Assembly: GCF_963921235.1 (NCBI RefSeq) | Contig: NC_086108.1 | Span: 82,648,001-82,712,000, forward strand | Direction: 5' to 3' | Source of the DNA: Mobula hypostoma | Lineage: Eukaryota | Length of the DNA stretch: 64,000 bases | In this document: positions 1 to 10,244 of the stretch, in pieces | Position numbering within the stretch: the stretch's first letter is position 1 | How the letters are laid out: every line of letters begins with the position of its first letter | The notes under the pieces: generated by a model | Database searches by the model: none | Told to the model about the DNA's origin: nothing | The model's input: only the letters and a program-made list of their open reading frames with translations | Translations under genes and position numbers: made by a program

Positions 1-74
1 GAAACCTACATTCCCACCTAAATTCTTAATATATAGTACAGAAGTGGAAAAGTAAATTATGAGAAGGACACAAA

Positions 75-330
75 CAATTTGCAAAGGAGAATAGGTTGAA
101 TAAATGGGTAAGAAGCCAACAAATTGAATGGTGAGGGGAATCGTGTAGGCATTCATCTTGGTAGGTAGAACAGAAAGTACTGGTACCACTTGATATAAGA
201 CAAGGCAATGTTAGTATTTAAAAACAATGTCCCTATGGAAGATACAGAAAGCTAGTGTATGGTTAAGACAAGCAATTAATAAATTATGCATTTGGAATGT
301 GGACCATTATTGCAAGGTGAGGGAAGGGGG
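75..330 (+). mobile_element. Highly decayed CR1 LINE fragment (C-terminal part of ORF2)
   Basis: Resembles the segment after the RT motif in better-preserved CR1 copies here (e.g. 'attcatcttggtaggtagaa' vs 'gttcatcttggtagatcaaa' near 48151). No ORF. Confidence 0.45.
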
Positions 331-360
331 ATTGGGTGCATAGGATATTTATTATATAAT

Positions 361-540
361 AAACATGAGATGTTACAGATACCGAAAACCCAGGGTAACA
401 CATAAAAGTACTGGTGGATCAGTAGGCCACTGAGTATCTATGGAAAGAAGTAAACAGTCAATGTTTTGGGTCGAGACCCTTCACTGTCCATAGATACAGC
501 CTGACCTGCTGGGGTCCTCCAGCATTTTGCACATATTGTT
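361..540. mobile_element. Penelope-type palindromic repeat, decayed
   Basis: Two inverted arms of the family also at 3076, 19554, 51946, 59775 and 62950. Minus-strand hammerhead-like relic 'gtgaagggtctcgacccaaaacattgactg'. Confidence 0.6.
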
Positions 541-799
541 CTTCATTATATAATATATTTAAATATCATAAAATAACAAAGCTTTGACTGTCATAATTGG
601 CCCATACCACACACTCTTCACTGCAAATGCACTTTGCTCTGAGGAATATTCTATAGACATAAACAAATAAGATCCCCATTATCTCTATAAACTTCTTACC
701 ATTTGCTTTTAGACTTGCTTGTTCTGTCATTTGGTTTTATTAGTACATTATTAGTTACTGGTCTAAAAGCTTTACTGACCATCATCTTGTGCCATGTCA

Positions 800-1120
800 T
801 TATGACATAGGCGTATAACCATGATTGTTTTTGGCCAGATTTTCTACTGGGCAGTGCCTTTACAAGATGGGTGGCTCCAGCCATTAACAATACTCTTCAG
901 AGACTGTCTGCTTGGCGTCAGTGGTCACATAACCAGGACTTATGATATGCACCAGCTGCTCATATGACCATCCACCACCTGCTCCCATGGGGTTATGTGA
1001 CCCTGAACGTGGTGAGGCAGGGAGCAAGTACCATACTTTGCTCAAGGGTGACCAGCAGGCTAGTGGATGGAAGGAACACCTTACTCCTCCTTTGGTAGAG
1101 ACAGATCTCCACCCAGCCAT
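800..1120. mobile_element. Interspersed non-autonomous retroposon fragment, possibly RTE-related
   Basis: GC-richer island in an AT-rich flank that resembles a repeat I recall from batoid genomes. No coding capacity; family tentative. Confidence 0.35.
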
Positions 1121-1779
1121 GTAGTTTTAAAAACCAGTTTGTATTGTTAATGTTTAAATTCAAATAACTTAAAAAAAAATGAATGAATCCCAAAAAGTGA
1201 AACTATTTACCTGAATTGCAACTACTATTCTTTTCAAGCATCATTTTTTTTGTGATTGAGAGTAATGACTTAAGTCTCAACTACATGGTTGAACTGCTGT
1301 CAAGGGTTAAGTTAATTGGAGGTTGAAATGAAAACTTAATAAAGCCTGGTGACAAGGACTTTTTCATTGGACAGGTATAATTTATGATTTGGGGGAGATA
1401 ACTATTGTGTTATATAAAGAGGTAGTATGAAGTTATGCAAATATCATGATTGATAAGTTGCTTACCCACTTTTTCAGGTTCAGTTGAGTGTAAACAAATT
1501 AAAGTCAGTGAACAATTTAAAAAGACTTCAGAATGTCTAATGGCCATTGAAGATTTAAATCGGTGCTTGAATTCATTCAAAGTCACGACATGTTTGATTT
1601 TGTAGATTGATTATATTGCTACTCATTGTTGCTGTACTTTCTAAGCAATAACAAAGCTGATATCAGCTGTAGAGTGTCACAATTTTATTCATAAGAATAT
1701 CTTGCAAAAGTATTGAAATTTATATAAAATGCAATTCTCAATAATTAGACTATGTGGAGAGAAGAACATTTTTTAAGCG

Positions 1780-1935
1780 ATGAACAAACTGCTGGAAGGA
1801 CTCAGCAGGCCAAGTAGCAATTGTAAAAACAGATGGAAGATTGACACTTCAGGTTGAAAACCTGCATCATGACTGAGAGATTAGAGAGGTGATAGCCAGT
1901 GTAAAGGTGATGGGATGCGGACTGGCAAGCACTAA
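1780..1935 (-). mobile_element. Old Penelope-type terminal repeat fragment
   Basis: 'gctggaaggactcagcaggccaagtagca' matches the family arm. The reverse strand gives a degenerate 'cagtc-atgatgc-aggttttcaacct-gaagtgtc' hammerhead-like core. Confidence 0.45.
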
Positions 1936-2219
1936 GTAGAAGTTCTGTTGAATATAGCGTCATCAACCATAATTACTATTGAAAAAATTGCTGGCTGAGC
2001 AAACTAATTTCAAATGAGTACTAATTCCATTAGAATAATCATTCCAAAATTCATCACTTTTATTAAATAATGTACAATAAGGTTTAAAGGAAGAGAAAAT
2101 GACAATGTAAAGGATTGGGTTTCCTACTCTTCAGCGGATCAGTACAATTGTACTTTTTAAGCTGCACAATGACCTTATGATAAAGAATTCATGGGAGACA
2201 GAGATGAAGGGAAGGTCAT

Positions 2220-2731
2220 TATGTGCAATTCTGATCACTCCGTTACAAGAGGAAGATGTGAAAACTTTGGAAAGAGTGCAGGAGAAGTTTACCAGGTCAT
2301 CGGCTGGATGAGAGGGTATGAGCTGTAAGGACAGGTTGGGCAAACCTGAGTTATTTTCTCTGGAGTGTTGGAGGCTGAGGAGAGACCTGATAGAAATCTG
2401 TGTGTAAAATTATGAGATGCACTGATAGGTAGAAAGTCAGAATCTTTTTTTTTCTCCAGGGTGGAAATGTCAAATACAAGAGTACATATAGTTAGGTGAG
2501 AGAGGAAAAGTTTAAAGTGAATGTGTGGATCATAAGAGCATGGAACAGGCTGTCAGGGATAATGGTGAAAGCGGGTATGATAGTGTGACACACAGGCACA
2601 TGAATATGAAGCAAAGGAGGGATATGGATCATTTGCAGGCAAAAGAGATTAGGTTTAACTTGACATCATGTTCTGCACAGACATTGTGGGCCAAAGGTCC
2701 TGTTCCTATGCTCTACTTTTCTATGTTCTAT
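2220..2731 (+). mobile_element. CR1 LINE 3' end, 5'-truncated
   Basis: Matches the CR1 ORF2 C-terminus ('...DVKTLERVQEKFTR...') and the 3' UTR ending 'ggccaaaggtcctgttcctatgctctacttttctatgttctat', as in copies ending at 47604 and 48924. Confidence 0.8.
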
Positions 2732-3075
2732 TAGTGCTTGGACTGATTCCATTCATTGGAAAACCATGAATATGCACACTGCAGCAGTTCAGTTAGTTAC
2801 TGTAACTTTGGCTGACTTAATTTTCCTTTCTCCTGGCTCAAAGTTTACTGTGGACAACTAGCAAAGCACGTCTTGTAACCACAGGATGAATCTACATCCT
2901 TATTCCCTATTTTCCCATGGAACAACAGATTCATGATTGAGCCATTGGAAGTGTTTGGTATCAACAATGTAATTGTGCTATTATTTAGTTATAATGACTT
3001 TGTAACTATGTATATAGATCTCCTAAATTGAAACAAGAAGACTGCAATAAGGAATGATTTGGATTTGCATCATAA

Positions 3076-3278
3076 TACACACAAAATGCTGGAGGAACTC
3101 AGCAGGTCAGGCAGCATCTAAGGAAAGGAATTAACAGTCAATATTTTGGGAATGAAGAGCCTTGGCCCAAAACATTGACTGTTAATTCCTCTCCTTATTT
3201 GCTGCCTGACCTACTGAGTTCCTCCGGCATTTTATGTGTGTTATTCTGGATTCCCAATATCTGCAGAATCTCTTGTGT
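3076..3278. mobile_element. Penelope-type palindromic element with ~75-bp inverted arms
   Basis: ~3077-3150 is the near reverse complement of ~3166-3240. The centre holds a CpG-decayed hammerhead-like core 'atgaagagccttggcccaaaacattgactg'. Confidence 0.75.
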
Positions 3279-3318
3279 GTAGGCTTACATTCCCATGTGA
3301 ACACTGATTGTTATAGAC

Positions 3319-3397
3319 AAGGATTCCAAACCGGTGGTCCACTCACCCCTTGGTTAATGGTATGGGTCCATGGCATAAAAAAGGTAGAGAAGCCTTG
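3319..3397. mobile_element. hAT/Charlie-like MITE with 8-bp target-site duplication
   Basis: TTATAGAC at 3311-3318 and 3398-3405 (nTnTAnAn pattern typical of hAT-Charlie targets); termini (c)aagg...ccttg. Confidence 0.6.
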
Positions 3398-4349
3398 TTA
3401 TAGACTATCATAAGGCAAATATTACTATAAATTGATATCTGGTCAGCATCTGAATTTAATTTATTGTTGATGAGTATTTAATCATTGCTTTGTATAGAAT
3501 AACGTTTATTTTAGTTAAGTTTACCTGTAACTTGGTTACCCGATATCTATAATATATGCATCTAACTATAAACTTCCAGGTAACCTCAGTTGAAATGAAC
3601 ACTAGACTTACCTTATTGCTTGGAGCACCCAACATAGACTGACTATATAAAGCATACTTGGAAATTCATATTCAAAGAAAGTGCAGGAGAGAGATCTGTG
3701 CAATGCAGTTGTAGGCCTTGTCTATTCATTATATAGAATCTGTAATGTAAATGATTAATTTCAGTATTTAAATTCAACCTGACTCTCCTCTAATTCTAAT
3801 TACATTTTTTCACATTGTATCTATATCCCTCAATTCCCACACTGTTTTATGTATGCACCAAACTTTCGCTTATCAGCACTGTCTGCTTCAACAACATTGC
3901 GTGGGTACAAATTCCAAATTATCAACATTCTGTGTAAAGAAATCCCACAAAAATTCTACTTGACCTATTAACTAAACTCTGTTTTTCTTAGTTTGGCTCC
4001 TGAATGTGGAGATGTTCTTTTTATTTCCAGCCAAAACACTTTTTAATTTTAAAAATTTCTATACGCACTCCTCAGAATCTTTTCGACTTGAAAAGCAACT
4101 CGTCAAAAATATGTGCATTCTTGTGCATTTTCCTCACTGCTTTTTTTTAGCAGAGATCAGAATTGCACACAGTTCTCTGTGCACAATCAAATCAAAGCTG
4201 TACTTAACATTGGGAATGACCCATTATTTGCAAAGATGTTAATTTGCTGCCACTTTTTAAACTGCCTTGTTTGCACAGATTACTATTTTATCCCGTTTAG
4301 CTTCCCTGGAATTTTGGAAATGATGAATTTTGTCCACGGATCCATCTGG

Positions 4350-4578
4350 TGGGTGATGAATTTGCTCAGTTCCTGTGCCCTCTGTAAGGAGTTCGTACAT
4401 TCTCCCCCTGACCATGGGGGTTTCCTCTGGATGCACCAGTTTGCCCCACCGGCCAAAGATGTACCAATTAGTAGGATAATGGTCACTGTAAATTGTCCTG
4501 TGACTATGCTAGTGTTAAATAGCTAGGCTGCTGACTGGCGCAGCTTGGTGTGTCAAAATCAATAAATATATAAATAAA
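4350..4578 (+). mobile_element. V-SINE (HE1/DANA-like) fragment
   Basis: V-domain-like 'gggtttcctctggatgcaccagtttgccccacc..ccaaagatg'; same family as the minus-strand copy at 39843-40135; ends in aataaa-rich tail. Confidence 0.65.
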
Positions 4579-4829
4579 CTTCTGTCACGTTTGCTCACTG
4601 CAAAGTGGAATGGACATTAAAGTGTAGGTAACTAGTAAGCATATTATTTGTTAAATGGGATAACATAGTAATAAGAATAGAGAAGAACGCTAAAAAGTAG
4701 TAACACAATTTATTACTAACACAGCAAATAATGGGCCATCCCAAATGTTAAGTGTAAGACGTCTTATACATGGGGCTATTCCAGATGTCTTCAATTGTCA
4801 AAATGGCGTTGTTTAATTCTAACCTGATA

Positions 4830-5170
4830 TGCTAAGCTCCAGTACCGACGGGCACTTAGCAGAAAGCAAAACGCAGTCCGATTCAATTTATTTCCCTTTT
4901 TCTGCCTAAATGGAGAGTGACCCACAGGGTGACAAAATGTTTCAGCAACAGTGTTATCTATTATTATCAAATTATCTGTTGGGGGAAAAGCCATTAATTA
5001 TGAACCAGGCGATTACAAAGAGGTAATTGGCATAATTACCTCCAGCCTCTTTAATGTAGTGTGACTGATGCGTTTTTTTGTCGAATTTAATCAGGCGATT
5101 TGTTTCGTGTTAAGAGACATAAATCCGGTTAAACTCAAACTTTAATTGCATAATTACTGAAGGATATCTA
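4830..5170. promoter_or_regulatory. Enhancer/CNE-like block rich in homeodomain cores
   Basis: Unique sequence with dense TAAT/ATTA cores (ccattaatta, tttaattgcataattac) and a perfect palindrome GAGGTAATT-ggcat-AATTACCTC at 5020-5042. Conservation cannot be tested here. Confidence 0.4.
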
Positions 5171-6545
5171 TGTCTCCTCCATTGATATTGATTCATTCTA
5201 CCCATCCACGATGACGTACTCCGTATGTACAGATTCTTGATATGAAACGTATTTCTCTACAGTGAGGATGTATTAAACTATATTTAATATAGAATATGTA
5301 TATATTCAAATTGTCCCCTATAAACATAACACCCCTTCGAGATTATGCCTTGTATACTTGTCTCTTAAACTGCCTTTTATTGATTCAGTAAATCTGCATA
5401 TAAATGGGTGCCGTTGCTGTGTCTCCCCAGGGGACTCGGGAGAGCGAACAAATTTAACCATAATCTTGGGTACTGAAATGTGGAACATCAATGATGTCAA
5501 ATAACCCTAATAGATTGTTAAAATGTTTCAGCACTAGCACTGCATATTCAAGGTGAAGCAATAATTTAGTTTAAGAGATTTCTCATGGAATTGGATCGCA
5601 AATAATTTCACCACTCCAAATTTGGGTCTCTGCAATGGAGATTTTACGTTTCTCTAGGTTAAGAGTTCCACAAAGTTCTTAAACCGAATACACATTCCGA
5701 TGTAAAATGCAGCTGAATTGTTTTTTAAAAAGTGGTTGAAGAAATTCGGTGGCAGAGGCGGGTTGACAGAGACAGGACTCGATGTCAAAAGAAAACGTGT
5801 AGCCATATAATAAGGGGAACGATACAGAGAGGCGGAGTGGGAAGGGTGTGGGGGTGGGATGTGGCGGGAGCACTGGTAGCAGAGATGATCAAAAACGCGA
5901 AAGATGGTGAAGCCTTGCAGTCGTTAACGCGTAAAGGTATTGTTTTGACAATTGCTGTCCCGGGAATTGTTTTAAACAGAACTGGCCGTGGAGGGGGGCC
6001 GGGCCCCGAGCAACTCCAGTAGTAGAATGACAACGTCCTTAAATCCATTAGTAATTAGTAGCACCGCAACTAATCCGAAATATCTACAGATAATCAGCAG
6101 ATAACTCGAATGAGACATCGAGTTTAGAGCTAATGTGAACATAGCGGATTCGACATAACTGAGAATTAGCGTAATAATTATCTGCTAAATTCATTGGAAA
6201 TGGAGATGGTCATTTTTACAACACGCCTATATATTTTAAAATAATGAAATACTTGGCATATAGAATTTGCTTTGCCATTTTATTCCTTCGTATGTCCCGG
6301 GTCAATTGTCCTTTGCACCGACTAAATAGGCTTCCGTGCTTCATTATGTATTTTCCGAGTGTTGTTCCCATAACAAACGAAAAAAGAAATAAAAGTTACT
6401 AGTATCCGCGTTTTCATCTTTAAGATGATCCGTTGCTGGTTTGTGCAGTGTTAAAAGTTTGGCATGGCGAAGCTGCGGGGAGGGATCCTTGCTCCGGGAC
6501 ATGATTATATATTTATTACTGTCATCTACATCTGCAAAGGCAAAT

Positions 6546-6746
6546 GTAACGGCTGCGACGATCTGGAACCAAATATACAGTAATCCTAATCGAACTGCAT
6601 AAATCAAATCGAGAGAGAAAAAAATGGTTGAGAAATGACACCGAAGCTGGAGAAATGTAAGTCTCTTTTTCAGGCAAAACACCCGACTTTTGACAGCCAA
6701 GGGAAGCGTTTCTGTAATATGTCTGTATCCGTTTTGTTATTTTAGG
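6546..6746 (-). pseudogene. Possible decayed homeobox exon (speculative)
   Basis: After acceptor ttcctgttacag, the minus strand gives in order KRIQTYY..L, EKETYIS, RFDL/AVRLGL and IWFQ/RRSRY. Needs two 1-nt frameshifts plus larger indels to align to a 60-aa homeodomain. Confidence 0.3.
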
Positions 6747-7774
6747 CTGTAACAGGAATATATTCATACGCTATATCTTGTCCTTCACTCAATCTCTTTT
6801 CGGGAAGTTCGGATACATTCTTATACAACATTCATTGTAATAGTGTGTTTTTGCTTTATTAAAATCACAGCAGATTAGGTAAAGTGTTTTTTAATATTTT
6901 ACAATGGAAGATAATAAAAGAACATACAAAACTTAGAAATACAGTTAAAGAGTTGTTTTACATTCCAAAGGGGTTTGTACACATAATTGGAACATTGGCA
7001 ACTTTAGTTTAAATAATTAACTTGTGATAATTAAATATTTTAGGGTGTAGCTTCAGGGCAAACAATATTCAAATGTGCTAATTATACTTAATTGAGATGT
7101 TTTCTCGCTGTCAAATTGCGCTAAAGAGTATGTAATTGTGGGCCGTCACTCCAAGTGAAATTGAACGCAATTAGATTCAGATGTAGAATTAAAACACGCA
7201 ACAGAATTAATTGTTTCTGATTTGTTGTTAATTATTAAATAAAGTCAAACGAGGTTTGGTTATTTACTGAGCAAACACGAACGCTGCTTCTACGTTTTAA
7301 ATCATGATTTATAGAACTGCCCTTGAATTAGATTAAATTCAAAACGCTAGGATTTGCCACTTACACTGGACCACTCTGTTCCTTAAGTCTTTGTATATTG
7401 GGACGAAAGTAATTATTTATGGACACTTGCTAAACAGTTTAAAAAATTCATTGAAATGAGATTTACAGCAGCGCCCAGGAATGGTGATTACTTCGACAGA
7501 GGCGATTCCTAAACATTTACTTTGCTACAAAGTAGGCCAGCGTTCAGCAGTCACCTCTGTATCGGGATCATCGCCGTAGGGGCGAGTTTGGCAAGATTTA
7601 TTAGATATTCCTTAAAATATGCATCCTGATCCCCATTTGGCTCAGGACCTAATAGAAGTGGAAATAGCTTTCGACTGCAGTGCCGTTCATTCATCATCCT
7701 CTCTGACACTAGGTTGATTCCATAACCACCTCCCCAACCCCCCACAAACCCTCGCATCACCCCCACATTATGTG

Positions 7775-7778
<4 letters not shown>

Positions 7779-7810
<32 letters not shown>
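7779..7810. repeat. (AC)16 microsatellite
   Basis: Read directly. Confidence 0.95.
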
Positions 7811-7812
<2 letters not shown>

Positions 7813-10214
7813 ATGTGCCAAGAGGACGCACCAGAGTTTTGTACAGTTTCAGGATTATCTGCTTCTTTCTCGTTATTTGCGCGGCACACTCCTTACTCCG
7901 TCCAGCTTTTTTTGTCTTTATTTTGTTTTCGTTTTCCTTCTTGCCATTGCCTGTCCAACTATTCCTTTCCTGGTTTCGCGTACGCCGTCCGATACGTGTA
8001 CGAATAACGCAACACCTACACACGTACCTACCCATGTTCAGGCATTGTGAATATTGGATCCAAGACGGCATATAGCCAATACCATAAATATTTGATGTTG
8101 TATAGATGTTTACTAAAATTATTCAGTCAAGTTTTACTGCGTGCATAATATGCTTATATACAGAGATGTCACTACTTTTATCCTCTCTTTTTTCACTGTG
8201 TATGTATTTATCTTAGAATGCTACTCATCTAACTTATAATTCGTTTCAGACGTTGGACCTCTAGTTATTTAGAAATTTGCGCAATTGTCTAGTTCCCTGT
8301 CGTATTCTCTTGTTCCTTGGTATCCTATCCCACAAACTAAATCTCGGTTTGCCGAACCTGTAAAATATACCCCACTGCTCTATTGTTGGTATCAGTTGCT
8401 CCCATCTTTCCCCATTACATGCATTTAGCTTGTGTGATACAGAGAGAGGAGTGCGAGAGTGCGAGATAGAGAGGGGAGGTAATCGGGGTGGGGGGGGGGG
8501 GACGCAGTGGGCAATTGGTTGATCATCAGGAAAGCAAAGGCCAGGTACATGACCAACCAGGGCAGATTTACCCGGTAATTAGAGGCGAAATCGGCAACAA
8601 GGCAGCTATAGATATTCTGAATAACGGCGAGAGCACTTTAAACTGAACCATACCGGCTTCATTTACAACTTCATCACACATTCGTGGCTAAATAATCTTA
8701 CGTATTCATGTTTTTGCAACAGTAATACCTGTTCACATTACCAGTTTGTAAGATCGATTTATCATCTATTCATCCAGCCACGCAAATTATTATTTAGTAA
8801 ATTCAAACTCACAAAAAGTCATTAATTTCTTTGAAATTCCGCGAAGAAAATTGGAACCGACCCACATCACGTCTGATTACTATTTAATTAAAGTTTCCCA
8901 TTTAATTACTAATTCGCAAACAACTGATCGCAAAGGCATTGCGACTCGGGAGGGAAGTATATCTCATCCAGAGAAACGCTTCAAAGTCCAGCTGAATTTA
9001 CCCAGATCTGTCCCATAAGTTAGCCGACTTCCCCCTCCACATCACTAGGGTTGCCTTAACCCTCCGCTTTTCAGTCTTTTTCTCCTCAAACGATCAGAGC
9101 CAAGTATTGTATAGTCTTCGCAACTTTCTGAGGAAAAGCGAATCGGGAACCAACCACCTTTTCCGTCATACCCGGGATCTCCCTTTCTGTCCAAAGCGTT
9201 TCAACAGAACACAGGAGGGGAGTTTAAGGGTGTATTGAAGATCTAGCATCAGAAAACAAGGCATTTGCCCTGAGTTGACGTCTCATGAACTCAGACAGTC
9301 TATAAATTTAAAATCGTAACACGCGCATCTGTATTCCTTTTCAAATCTTAAAATGTTGATAGTTGCCGGATACGTCAGAAAGCTTGGGGAAGGAAATGCC
9401 ATTCAAGGTTATTTTCTGAATGGGAGGTCTTTTTTTCAGAACTTGTCAGTTTATGAGAAGGTAGGCGCTGCATTTACAGAGCGTTCTAACTAGTTAGTTT
9501 TTCGGATGTCAGGTGGGACACCTTTTTTGTGAGGATGTGTTTGTCTTTTCAGGAATTTGGAGGGGGCGGGACGGTGGGAAACAAGGATAAGTGTACGAGG
9601 TGAGATACTCAATCCAAATACTTGAGATCATCCCATAGATAGCGTTTCAATGCTGGGGATCAGTGTACTTCGCTCATTTCATTCTTCAGTGCGCTGACCG
9701 CACGTTATGAACGGGAAAGTACATCAAGGAAAGAAGAAGGAGTCAAACGTTGGGACCCACGAACAACCAAAATGTTGCCATGGGACGAACACAAATTCAA
9801 CTTGTTACGAAGACAAACAAATCCCAGCTAGCAAGCCTGTAAGTGTACCAAAGAGCAGGGTTTCATTAGTCGGTGTACACGCATACGCAGGTTAAACAGA
9901 TTGCTTTAACGCGTTCCATATTCAAAGAAGTAAAATACAAACTAGTTTTGGTCAGTTCACATATACAATTTAGACTAAATTCTACACTTACCTTTCTAAA
10001 CCTCAATCTTTCCACTAGCCCACGGACGGTACACTCCTTTCAAGGGCCCTTGAATAAAAAGGCAGACAGAATACCTAACAGTTAGAATTCTGAATTGTTC
10101 AGTAAGACAGTTCTGTCGCTTTACTTCTGTCAGCGGACACTCCTGTCTCTCTTTTGGAATCGCTCTGCCTCTCTCTCGGACTCCGTTCCTGTAGTTTACA
10201 TTAGGAAGTTGTAG

Positions 10215-10244
10215 CCAATGATAGGGTATGTTGCCATCTGCTGG
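10215..10244 (-). promoter_or_regulatory. CCAAT box plus consensus CTCF core motif
   Basis: AGCCAATG with CCAAT at 10215-10219. The minus strand of 10232-10244 reads CCAGCAGATGGCA, matching the CTCF core CCASYAGRKGGCR and containing E-box CAGATG. Confidence 0.55.
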
